In this document: positions 14,341 to 26,760 of the stretch, piece after piece
Position numbering within the stretch: position 1 is the first letter of the stretch
Layout: the number at the start of each line of letters is the position of its first letter
NCBI GenBank assembly: GCA_028534125.1
Contig: CM052833.1
Span: 5,208,001-5,272,000 of the forward strand
Source: Lama glama
Taxonomy: Eukaryota
Direction: 5' to 3'
Length of the DNA: 64,000 bases
The notes under the pieces: model-generated
Databases searched by the model: none
What the model saw: only the letters and a program-made list of their open reading frames with translations
Told to the model about the DNA's origin: nothing
Translations under genes and position numbers: made by a program

Positions 14341-15269
14341 ACTCCCTTGCTCTCTGTGATTTTCCCCATGATTATCAGCAGCACTCCTGATCACATCTGC
14401 AGATTCTTTCAGTGTCTTGTCACTGAGCTCATATTTCATCATTTCTCACCTAAAACACAGTGGATATAATTTCTACATTACTTTTCTTATCATACCTTCC
14501 TTTAAAAATATGCATACATTTAAAGAAGAAAAATACAATGGAATATTTCAAAACTGAGAAATTATGCCAGATGACAGAGTTGCTGTGGCCCTGACCTAGT
14601 ACATGGTACTAATTTCAAGGCAGCGACAATTTAGACGTAAATAGTCAACTAACTCCTGGTAGCTTAATGAAAGGAACACTAGTTTGTCAGAGCAGGTAAA
14701 GCTTTTATTTCTAAACTAAGACAACTGCTTCATGTGGAAATTCACAAGGAGGCACTGGCCAGTAACAGACAAGATCTTCAATGAGAGATTCATAGAAGCA
14801 AACACAGAACACACAGATTTTGCTGCAGAACCTCTCAGAAAAATCTAAACACAACATAAAAATATAATTGCGACTAAGTAGGTGAAATAACCCAGGTAGA
14901 TAATATTCCCAAGGTCCAATGTGATTAAATTAAGATCATATACCCTAAGGACAACTTGGAAATTTTTTATATTTTACTACCAAAGAAAGATACGATAACT
15001 CTGAAAAGCAGACTTGCAGGTGGCAGAATTGATAAAATATTATGAAAATTAAGAAGCTTATTGTGTATTTTTGTCCACATAGGGACATCAAACACCTGTC
15101 CACATGGAAATCTATGGTCAAAGCCAGTATTCTCCTCAGGATAACATTTTGAAGCATGAATCAGTTGACACCCCAAATTTCCTTATCTTGGGAATCCTTA
15201 CAAGGTGTTCATGTTAATAATAGACAGGTAGCACTTACAGAGGGCTAGAAAGCATTTTGTAACAAAAGT

Positions 15270-15485
15270 AGATTAGGCATTTTTATAAGAACTTGACTTA
15301 TGTTTTAACATATGTAGTTCTCACAATCACCCATCAAAGTAGGTATTATTCTTTTGTAAATGAGAAAATTGAGATGCAGACATATTAATTCAGTTATATC
15401 AGGCTAGTACAAAGTAAGAAGCAGAGCTGGGATTCAAACTCAAGCCCTTAGACTCCAAGGGTTTCACCATCACACTATGCTACCT
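15270..15485 (-). mobile_element. MIR SINE
   Basis: aatgagaaaattgagatgcaga ... gcagagctgggattcaaactc. Confidence 0.75.
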
Positions 15486-15489
15486 CATA

Positions 15490-16000
15490 GCAAATACTGC
15501 AAACTCACTTGGAGGGTAATTTAGCAGCATTATTAAAATGTAAAAGGTAGGTGGTCCCATTTGTTGAACCTAGTCCATCTTTAGATATTTTTCGTACAGA
15601 AACTCTCAGCTCATTCCTGCATGTTTAATAAAGCATCATTTGAAGCTTTTTTTTCAAAAGACAACCTAACAGGGAGAAAATTCAGTAAGTGAAGGCACAC
15701 ACATATCACAAAATAATACACAGCCATGAGAAAGAAAATATGTACTGATATGAAGGCTCTCCGTGAGAAAGTGATGAGTGAAAATATGCAAGCTGAAGGG
15801 CAGTATGTATAGAGGAGGCATATACTCAAGGGCATGTGGTGTACATACACATACACCCACAAACCCCACACACACATTCACACCAGATAGAAATATTCAA
15901 ATGGTTAACAATTGCTACCCTGGAGAATGGTAGAAAAACAAAAGCTGAAGGGGGAAATTTCATACTTTTAAAATAGTTTTGTATTTAGAAGCACAAATTA
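15490..16000 (+). mobile_element. Ancient L1ME-like 3' end
   Basis: ttggagggtaatttagcag ... ggttaacaattgctaccctggagaatgg. Confidence 0.55.
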
Positions 16001-16999
16001 CTTCCCTCATCTTTAAACTGTACATTAATATAATCTCTATGTTATATAACTTATATAATATATATTATATAAATTACGCACTATTTCACAACTATTTTAA
16101 AGATCACTTAACAAAACAAAATAATAATGAATACTCAAACAACAACAGAAATAGTTATATACCTTATACTGCACAGCACAGTGCAGAAAATAAAAAACAG
16201 GTATATTGAATTTTTTCCAAAGCAAGCATTACTCATCATTCAATCTGAGTCAGGAAAATTCTTCAGTGTTATTCTCACAGACTAGCCTGAAATGACACAA
16301 CATCCAGATGTAGCTGCCAGAAGGAATTAGTTGCAAAATACATCTTGAGATAATTGTAGAAAATGACTTTGTTATATGGGATTATTTGATTCTGACCACT
16401 TAAATGTTGAAGAATGACAAAAACAATGATGCTTGCTTTGTCACAGTTAATAGCTACCCTTGTCTCCTGACTAGAGACAACAACATCACCTCCTCAATAA
16501 TTCATTGATTTAACAAATATTTACCAAGCACACACACCCCAAAATGAAATACAATAAAACACGTTATCACCATCTCTGGAGACACTTACCCTCGGGTTTA
16601 CTACAGTTGAGAAGGGGAGGGTGGGAAACATCTAATTTACTTGGAAATGACTTAAAACAGAAGGAAGGAAAACTAAGCCCGGTCTTCTTTCATATGCATT
16701 CAAAATGCTAATTTTGGTCACACAGAAAGGACCCTTTCTTACCCTATTCCAGTGTTGGTATTGTAATTCAGATTCTATAGAAGCAATGATAATCATCATG
16801 ATATTCTCTTTTTCTTTTTGGTCATTGCTTTATTTCAGATTACCTGGCACAGGGTAGGCACTTCATAAAAACCTGCCTGATGAATGGAAACAAGATAAAC
16901 AATGGCAAGGAAGGACTGATGTTCTGAATTTCCTATTCTGTGGGTATAACTTCTTATTCTCTTCTTCTGAAAAAATACCCTTTCCAACTTGGATGTCAA

Positions 17000-17420
17000 T
17001 GGGAACTGTCCTACTCCTGCAGATACTGGAGTCACCACTAACGATGGGGGGTGGGGGGAGTGGCAGGGGTAGGGGACACAGGGAGGGTCAATCATGGATC
17101 TTCCCCAGGATATATTAGCCTAAAACTCGAGAAAACAAATGCCAGTTGCTTTCTGGTAATAATATCACGTGATGAGGCCCTGCAATTTGCTGGAAGCCCC
17201 CCTGTCACGTGGAAGAAGCCAGGCTCAGAAACTGAGGGTGCTGCACAGAGAGCAGAGATTAGAGAGGCCTTCACTCCTTCCTTCCCGGTGTTACTGAGGA
17301 ACTTTATTCTCCTTTACTGGCTTATGTTTATGCAAGTCTTCTAATGAGTTCTCCTTTTAACTAAATTGGTTAGAGTTGGATTTCAGTCACTGTTCATGAC
17401 CAAGGTGTTTGTTATACTAA
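17000..17420. mobile_element. MaLR (MLT1-like) LTR
   Basis: ttagagttggatttcagtcactg ... caaggtgttt terminus. Confidence 0.5.
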
Positions 17421-20400
17421 TTATTAAGCCCTTTGTTGGTTCTTTTCACAGGATATTAAAAACCGTGCAAAACAGATTCTGTTTCTAAACCCGTTAATTT
17501 TCGATTCCTTTAGAAGATGAATAAAAGAGTAGCTGTTACTGAAACTAATTTCCTCATCATTGGCAACCCAAATTCTTAACGAAATAAAACTTGGAAATGT
17601 AGAGTGTTAGGTTAGCCCTTTGTCAAACACGCACTTTGATCATCCAGAGACAAAAAATTAAACTGTACAAAATTTAAATTGTGAAAGTCACAAACTCACC
17701 GGGCAGAGTGATAAATAATTCTAGCAGTAAGAGCTCTTTACCTAGAACTCAACTCTGATGAATAACAGCTAAAAGAATTTCTGAATCCCTGGCTTCAGAA
17801 AGAGGGTCAACCTTTAAAAAATATGAAGCAGAGAGCCTAATATTTTAGTGATAGGACTTCCAAGCCTTCTGTAGATGAAAAAGTTTACGCAATGCGTGCT
17901 TTCTTGTTTCTAATTGGGATCATGTGTAAAAATCTACCATAATTATTTATACTAAAAACCAAGTAGAAGATCTCCCACCAGATTTGCCGTACTCTAGTAA
18001 TTAAGATATAATGGAAGCATCCACATCACAATTTATATTAAGCACATTTTGGGGGCGCTTACTTTTAGATTCTCCTTGATGTGCTACCTACCTCGATACT
18101 AGCCAAATTTTCCAACTTTCCATCCAAGCTCCCCTTTCTGGTCCCTGTTCTAAAACTATGTGCTAGAGGAACGAAGGCTGCATTTATCAGGGCACAAAGC
18201 AAACAGAACTGGTTTCAATCAGCCCACATTTGTTGATATGAAGTATGGGCTGAGTCTCTTTCAGGAGGCAATGGAACATTAAGACTAACCTTTGCCAACA
18301 AAAGATTCTTTATGAAATCAGATAGTCCCAATTGCTCTCTAGCTTTCCTGAGTCCTGATTTTACCCGCTGAGTTTTGCATACAACCAGGCTGGGAGCTCA
18401 TTATAGCATAATGCCACGTTGAGGTACGAGGATAAAGAAATCTAATGTGATCAAAACAGCTATCCCTTTGAAAGAAACACAAACAAGAGCTTACGTATGA
18501 ACCAACTCTAAATTAGCGCTTGCATGCAGTCTTACTTACATCTTTCCCAGGGGTTGCCATTCAGTGTTTCTGAATCATGCCTGGAGATAAATTAGGGCAG
18601 ATGTTTTCCTCTTGAGGTCACTCAACTACAGGCAGTGGGCACCAGGGCCATGAGGAATCAACCCCTCCCTATGGAAGAGCTCTCAGAGTTCTGTTACCCA
18701 CCTTGACGCTCATGGTTTAAGAAAGAACTCCGCCTGCCATGAGGTCTGGAGAACCTAAGGAGAAGAGACATCAGCATATCCTGTAGGGGACCTGGGGCCA
18801 AGGGAGACAAACAACATGGATCAGCTCCATATTAGCAGGAATTAAAATGAGAAAATGAAAGTCTGCTTTGTGACCCGAGCGATGCAGCGGTGGCTTGCCT
18901 ATAACAGTTATAATGAAGTAGCTGCACCCCCACATAAAGGCCAAAAATCTCTGAAGGAATTCCTTGTGAAAAATCAGTGCCGCCTACCAGGAAATTATGC
19001 TGTAATGAAAAAGGCAGTTTAACAGGTAAGGGATTATGCATTAACAACTCCACCCCTATTTGAGCAAAAGTCTGGTAGAAAAGTCTAGGAAATCTGGTCT
19101 TGAGGGTTTGCTTTGGAGCGTGGAATAGATGTGGCGGCACACTGGTGAGCTGAAGGGTTGGTGAGTTGCTTGTCTGGTTTAAGATGCATATGGTCACCAC
19201 ATTCCTTGTGGTACAGAAGTCTGCAGGCTTTCAAGACAAGTTTTCTTCATTTCTCCCCCCCTCACTTTTCCTACATGAAAAGGTAGGGCTCAGTGGGGCG
19301 TCTGTCAGCTGTCGGGAGTCTGTGTGTGCCACATCCACAGATGAGTGGAGACTGGTGGGAAACAGCCCGAGGTGATGGAGCCCTGAATGGAAGGGAAATG
19401 GAGACAGGCCTCTCTGAGGCTGATGGGAAACAGAATCCCTAAGTGGGGGTGTCGTTGCTCCCACACTCCTCTGGGCCAAAAAGAGAGAAAGAGAGAGGGA
19501 GAGAAAGAAAGAAAGAGGTGTTATTACAGTGTCTGATTTCCTCTTCTCAGTGGTGTGGAAATCTGGCTATACCTTTCAATGTGAAACACAATTTGTCTGG
19601 ACTTGGGAACCTAAACTCACTGAAAATGTCCAGGTGCCCTTTTTCTATCTCTTCAACGATCTTGGAACTCAATTCCCGATTAACCATAATTGTTCTACAG
19701 TTTCTGGCTAGAAACCCTTCCTCCTCAGTAGGCAGACAGAAGGAAAAGCAATGATTTTATCAGAATTATCTTAAGAGGGAATATAAAAGAATTCTCCTTG
19801 TAGTGAAAATCCTCTATTGTGTTCTGACTTAAAAATATCAAAGATTTTTACTGGAGAGGATGCTTTTACACAGCAATTTAATGTAATGAAGAAGAAAAAA
19901 GGGACTTAACCTTGTTTGCCTTACTCACCTCTTAAGCATGTAATTAAACATTTAGTGTCTCATAAACAAAGGGAAAAGGTGGCCTGGAAGGAAAACATCC
20001 GTTTTTCTATCACGATTGTATCTGGCAGGACAGGCAGGGATATGAAGCAGTAAAAACCAACCTCCAAATCTTTGCTGATTTCTCACTCACATCTATATGT
20101 CCAGTCAAGAACCAGTGGGACTAAAATTCCATCTCGTCACCCGCTTCTGGGATCGACACAGCCAGGAAAGAAAAAGGGGAGTCAAATGCTGGCGAGGGGG
20201 AACTACACCACCCACAAGGTAACACCTGACTTCAAGGGGAAAAGAAGTGCCACCCATCACATGTCCCTAAGGGGATAAATCAAAGAGCAGCAGGCCAACC
20301 TATTGCTGATAATGAAATATCCAGTCATCCATTCATTAAAGACAGAGGAAGAGATTTTTAAAAAATAACTTAGTAGAAAACAATCTTTTTCTCTCTGTAG

Positions 20401-20425
20401 AGTCTATCTAACATGATTGAAGCTA

Positions 20426-20645
20426 CAACTGACCCTTGAGCAACAGACTTGAATCTTGCATGTCCACTTATAGGTGGGTTTGTTTCAACGGTAAATACTA
20501 CATGATCCAGTTGGTTGAATTCATTGATTCATAACCAAAGATACACAGGAATTTCGGGTAGGGAGGGCCGACTATAACTTTCACAGATTTCTGAATGCAT
20601 GAACAGTCTAGGCCCCTAATCTCTGCAGCATTCAAGGGTCAACTA
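20426..20645. mobile_element. MER8-like (TcMar-Tigger) non-autonomous DNA transposon
   Basis: TIRs caactgacccttgagcaac / gcattcaagggtcaacta, a TA target on the left, and internal gagggccgact. Confidence 0.85.
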
Positions 20646-22119
20646 TTTATGTAGAAATATATATATATATATAGCAAACCCACTAATTTTATTAAAGTCC
20701 TACTGTGTGTTTCTTCATCATTCATTTTCCTAGAGGACACCTGTAATGTGCTTCAAGTCCCTTCTTTCCATAAAGCTGCCAATGACTATCACCTCGCACC
20801 AAGAGAATAAGAGACAACACTTCATGAAAAGATGGAGTGAGAAGACTGGTTTAGTTTTAAAAGGGCCTCATTTTCCAGAGAAGCTTTTAACAAATGGAAA
20901 AAAAAAACCTGTTTAACTTTCATGAATCTTGCATTTCCTACCACGAAGCTGAGCTCACTCAATAGTGAATTCTGAAAACAGGAGAAAAAAAAAAGCAATC
21001 AGAAGATTAAAAGGTAATGCAATATCTGTATTTGCCCATTGATTTTTTTTTTTCCCCTGCTGACAGTCTCTCTGTTCCTACTTAGTTACTGGAACTTGGT
21101 TTGTGAGGACAGCATTAGCTAAAAGTGATAAGACAAACATATAAAAATTAGAGAAAGGATGAGAACAGGACATATTTTTGTTTATATTTAACAGTGTCTC
21201 TATTTTTCTCATTTTCTCATTAAAGATCCTGGTGGGTTAAATGTGTTTTTCTCTTTATACACAGTAACATCTCTGCCTAGAGCAGACCATGAATAAGCAT
21301 CAATGCTTAGTAACATCCACCTTCATCCAAAATGGAAAGGTATGGTTAAATTTCCATGTGGCTAAGATAAAGAAAAAAAAAAAAAAAGAGGGAGAAGGAG
21401 AAGAAATTTTCTAAAGTACAACCTTTGTTTCATTTAAGCTCCAGGAGAAGAGAAATGCCATTAAATGAATAAATAAGAAATGAAAGCAGTAAGACGGCCA
21501 AAGAATTCTACATGAAATAAGAAGTCATTATCTTATGCTGATTTTATCTCAATATTCAGAGAAATGAGTGAGGATTTACACTATGGAGAACATTTCGCTC
21601 TCTTTTGCCAAACCAACATCCTCTAAGGGTCATGATCAACCCTCTGAAGAAAACTCGGCATTTAGACAGTGAATAAAAATATTCACTTGCATCCAGAAAG
21701 TACTTGGAAGTTTTAGGCAGAATTATACATTTTGTGAATTCTGATCCTGAATTGTGCTAAACTATGTTATAAATATTATGTAAAGACCATTCATATATAA
21801 CTCTATTTAAAGAAACTGATCTGTGAAGGAAAACAGAACAGAAACCATCCATTGTAACTTCTAGCCTCTAAATCAGGAAAGTAAGTTTCAGAGGAAGCAC
21901 TCCAAAGAAATCTTTAGAATCTTTGCCATGGCTGCTTTGGCTGGAACATTTTGAAAATGTAAAACAAATATCATAAAAAGTAATACCAGAAAGACTGAAT
22001 AATAAAGAATCTAACTTTAATATGCTTAAGCTCTAGAGCTCTGAGGTTGGGCAGACGTGGACTTTAACCACTGCTCCGCCACTTACTAGCTCAGCAAGTT
22101 AATTCACCCTCTCCGAAAG

Positions 22120-22640
22120 TAAAGGCGGTGGCACTTACAATTTGTTTTCCCAGCATGCTTTCTATCTGTCTTCTATTGGTGCTTTTGTCTCATTTTCTTT
22201 TGCTCTATGTGATCCTTGTGTGGCAATCCATCACACTACCTGATTCCGGCCCTGTTGCTGTGGGTAAGGGATGGGCATATCGGCCAAGTAGGACAAAGTA
22301 AAGACTTCCCTAGGAGGGCATTAAAAAAAAAAAAAAAAAAACAATGATAATAATAGTAATAAGGAGGGGCAGGAGGGAGATTCTTTTTATGCTGCTGTGC
22401 TAATAAGCTTAGAGGATACAGGTCTGGGGTGCCAGTGACCATCTTATCTTGCCCAAGACTTCATCAGATCCTGTCTGCAGTATTAAGACAAGAAAAAACA
22501 AAGATGGAAAATGGAGAAAAAGCAAATACTTTGATGACATTTTCTGTATCTCTTCACCTACTTACAGGTCCCCTCTTGGATTTCTCAGTTATGGGACCCT
22601 TTTTGCTGAAACTACTTTGCACTAAATTTATTACACTTGC
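22120..22640. mobile_element. MaLR (MLT1-like) LTR inserted into a MIR (MIR halves ~22020-22115 and ~22645-22820)
   Basis: ttctcagttatg ... cacttgcaactgagaga MLT1 terminus, with MIR sequence resuming on both sides. Confidence 0.55.
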
Positions 22641-24029
22641 AACTGAGAGAAACTCAACTAACAGATACTCTAAATATCAATTTCTTCATTTAAAAAAGGT
22701 GGATAATGTTATAATGTGTCTTCCAAGTTTGCTCTGAGGATTAAACAAATACAAGGCATGTAGCAAGTTAGTGCAGTATCAGGCAGGTAAGTACCCCAAA
22801 AGTATCAGCCCTTATTAGCCTTTAATAACAATTACTTTAGTAATATTTATTTTAAGTATTACATTAGTCATAGCATATTTTATAACTGATGTACAAAGAC
22901 TATTCCACCATTATATCAGGTTTCTATACTCTCAAAAGGAGGCTATGATACCAAGCTTATAAATATTTTACTTACTTGTATAAAGATTATTTACTTAGCA
23001 AGCATTTCCAATCTGTGTTGTAATCAATGTACTAGATAATTCTTCTCTTGGTTTGTAAGTCATAGAAAACGTTTATAGACTGTCATTGTACCTTATTAAA
23101 ATCAGATGTAGAAGAAAATTACTTTCAGGTTACTGAATTTCTACTACAACATGCAACTTTAAATTTACAAAAAGGTATCCCTTGGGCCCTAAGGGGGTTT
23201 TTACGTTAATTTCCCAAAGGTCAAGATCCATATCTTATTTCATTCATGTGGCACCTAATGTGTTAATGGTAGGAACTGAGTATTTTTCATTGCTATTAAT
23301 TTCATCAAATTATTATCCCTAAGTAATTAAAGGAGCTAGTGGGCTGACAGGGGACACAGACTTTCAAAATCTATCAGTTGTCCAACTGATTCTCAGGAAA
23401 TGCAATCCCTCCTCCAGATCATACCATGACAGTTCAGCAACGACACTGAATGAAAGAAATCAGGACATAAGTTTTATAATTCTCAGGGTCTTCTGAAAAC
23501 TTTTAGAGACTTAGCTCCAAGAGCTTCTCAGGAAAGTCTTCTTTGACTCATTCATTTTATTCAACTATAATCAGCACCATCTTAATATGAGGTAGTGCAT
23601 TAGGCACTGAGGAAACAGTTATAAACAAGACAGCAAACAACTGATTATAATATATGGTCCCAACTGTGAAGCGCTTTGGGAACATGTAAAAACTTCTCAA
23701 AGGAAGCTGAAATCTGAAGAAAGTGTAGAAGTGGACCAGATAAAAAGAAACAGAAGGAGAGAGAGGGAGGATTTTACAAAGAGAAGGAACAACAGATACA
23801 AAGTCAAGACACAACATGGGACAGTTGATTGGTTCAAAGATCTCCCAGTACTTTTATATGACTGGAGTTTCGAATGCCAATGGTAAGAGAATCAAGCAAT
23901 GCAACTGGAGATGTATGTAAAAGACAAACCTAAGGATCTTAAAATAAGTGGGACGGTACTCTTCGAGTAATGGGAAGCAAATAAAAGGTTTTGGGAAAGA
24001 GGAACATTGTATACTCCCATTAGCAACTC

Positions 24030-24452
24030 CACCCAGCTCTGTGATCCAGCAGCCCGACATCTATGAATTTCCTCAGTGGAGGTCCCCTCTCCTCTGACTT
24101 ATGGATGGGTTCAGCCAATAGGAGGCACCAGCTGGGGATCAGTGGACAGAGAGAGAACAGAGTCAGTGTCGATGTCCGTGTTTGCCCCCCTTGCCGGAGT
24201 GAGGGCTGGCAGTGGCTACGTTCCACTACCTGTGGTCACGGCGTCGGTCAGGTACCCTTCTCCGATGATCTTAGCCCACATCACTGCAGTAGCCACTCTC
24301 TGCTCTTGGCCCTTCAAGTCTAAGGAGAGTAAGATCTTCCTGCTGGCTTGCCTCGCTATCCCTTGTTCTCTTCCTTTACTGTGCCCTAACTTTCTATAAT
24401 CACCAACTTTAAAATAGCGCCATCTGTTCCTACAGGAACTAAGTAAGACTCA
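24030..24452. mobile_element. ERVL solo LTR (LTR16/LTR33-like)
   Basis: gggttcagccaataggaggcaccagctggggatcag ... cccttcaagtctaagg ... gccatctgttcctacagga. Confidence 0.7.
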
Positions 24453-24619
24453 AGGGGATCAATGAACCAGTTCTACCTTTAAAGAAGTGGCTACAGAGGC
24501 AATAAGGAGAACGACTCTGAGTGGAGGGAAGTCTAGAGTCAGTGAAACCACTTACAAGATTGTCGCATCAACTTGGCGAGAAGATGGAAACGACCAGATA
24601 CTAACATAAACTGGCACCT

Positions 24620-24860
24620 TCTAATGTCAGACAATGTATTAAGTACGTTCTGCACATCATCTTATTTAAATATTCCAACCACTCTGTAATGTCATTATTC
24701 CCTTTAATAGACAATTGCACTAAAATTGAGAGATGTTAAATAATTTGCCCAAGGTCAAACACATAGTAAGTGGAAGAACTGAGACTCAAACATAAATCTG
24801 CCTGACTTTTAAAGCTGTCATTAATCTATGTTCTTTCTCGAACTCATATACTGCCTGAAT
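24620..24860 (-). mobile_element. MIR SINE
   Basis: gttaaataatttgcccaaggtca ... gtaagtggaagaactgagactcaaac. Confidence 0.7.
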
Positions 24861-25829
24861 CAGGGTAAATTACAGTGGAAATGGATATAAGTCTAACATG
24901 TGGATTTGAAGATTTGAAGAAAGAAGATAAAACTGGCAGAATCAGTGATTACCAGATAAAGGGGGGGGGACCACAAAAAGGCATTAATGATGACAAGAAG
25001 GCTTCTGGTTTGAAAAGCTGTGAAGATGGTGGTGGCTTTGGCTAAGAGAAGAAAGAAAGGGGGAGCAGACTTGTTGGGAGCAGGAGGTGGGGAAGAGGTG
25101 GGGTACCCAGGTTCAACCTCACTGACTTGATTGCTGCTACAAAAATGCAACTGGAGATGTTTCCACTACAGTATTGAAGAGGCCGTATCCTCCACCCTCT
25201 CATCAGTTCCCAGCAGCTAAAGTATAGACACAGGAACCAGAGTCTGACAATTAGAGGCCTCTGCCTGTGAATTTGAATCTTGAGCCCAGGATGCAAAGAC
25301 AGAGCAGATTATGATACATTCATATGATACACTGGAAGCAATAGCAGTGTCCTATGTCAGCACTAAGTCACAGTGGCAACTAAGCAGGGTGGTAGCGCCC
25401 GTGGCCACACTCCCACTAGACTATACTTGTAGCACGACTGTGTGTGTTTTTGCTGCCCATCCTCTCTTGATCCCTGCCTATTTTTCCAGTCTGTTTTTTC
25501 GGATCCTTCCTGATGATTATATAAACTGCTTTATGGCCTCCACAAAAACAAAACAGAACAACAAACCAAAAAACAAAAACAAACTTCATTTTCTACTTTA
25601 AGTTGGCAAGAACTGTTTTTTGTTGCTTACAATCCACAGTTCTGACTGATAGAGCCAGCACATTGATGGCTGTATTTCATTCTGTAGTTCTGTATTAGGG
25701 GGCTCCTTTCCATTTTATTTTTAAATAATTTCTAATTCATAAGCTAAACTATTGGATGTTGAGGGAACTCTAAGAAGATGTCAAAGAATTCATGGCCTGA
25801 TGGGGACATAATACAATAGGTAAGTTCTT

Positions 25830-26760
25830 TACCATAACATGATTAAATTTTTAAAGCATAAAAGGCAACAGTTAAGCATGCTCTTTAAAAAAGTATACTC
25901 TAGGTACCAAATATAAAGACAAATATTTAAGACAATATTAAAACTTCAGAACTTCAAGGATAAAGAGAACATGTAACAACTCTCAGATACAAAAAGCACA
26001 ATACCTCTTAAAAATAACAATGAACCTCATCGTAGACAAGGTATTAAAACACTGATGCAGGAACTTAATGAAGAGACATTTCCAAAGTACTAAGGGTAAA
26101 AAAATTGTCAACTAGTTAAATTATCACTCAAAGGTGAGGGCAACGTGGCATCTCTTAGTTTTTTTCTACCAAGTTTCTCCCCTTTCTTTTTTTAAATGAA
26201 AGATGAGCTGAGCTTTGTGAAAAGGTCTTCTTGAATTAATCCACATATCTGAGGGCTAATGTTTCCTAAAGGTTGCTGTTGACTACTTCTGTACACCCAA
26301 TTTTGACTGTATTCAGATTAAAATGATAAGAGGAGGAAGTATTTGGGGAGAGGGTGTGGGTGACACGGAGATTTGGCCATGTGCCCACTCTCTTTTTTTT
26401 TTTTTAAACTATTTTAGTGTTGTGTAAGTCTATAACTAACTAAAAATGCAAATGCTTAATAAAGATTATTAAGCAGTAGGCAAAACAAAAACATTTTAGA
26501 AATACAAAGACTGTTTATGAACCCAGAGACCCTCATGGTAAAAAAAAAAAAAAAAAGCTGTTAAAAGAAGCAATTTAGAAAGAAGAGAGAGTATAATACA
26601 AGAAATAAAGTTAAGCACAGAAGTTGATAAAATATGTTGATAAATTTAACTATCTCATGTTAAAAATAACTACTTAGTTGCATTTTAAAAGAACTTAAAA
26701 TAAATTTAAGGCTGTAGAAACTGCTACAGGATGGGAAAGGTATAATGGTTTGAGGTATAA
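25830..26760 (+). mobile_element. Ancient L1/HAL1 ORF1-like remnant, interrupted at ~26144-26470
   Basis: aaaacttcagaacttcaaggataaagag, ttaaattatcactcaaaggtgagggcaa ... aaaaacattttagaaatacaaagac. Confidence 0.45.

Larger units (their letters stand above)
23550..25140 (-). mobile_element. L2 LINE fragment carrying nested LTR16-like and MIR insertions
   Basis: Reverse L2 3' end (ttcattttattcaac...aggcactgagga) and purine-rich L2 body (ggcattaatgatgac..ggtttctgg-like). Confidence 0.65.

Noticed and set aside
17690-19935. Other strong minus-strand donors (CCG|GTGAGT ~17700, GAG|GTGAGT ~19927)
   Set aside because: No convincing matching acceptor or reading frame; expected by chance in 31 kb.
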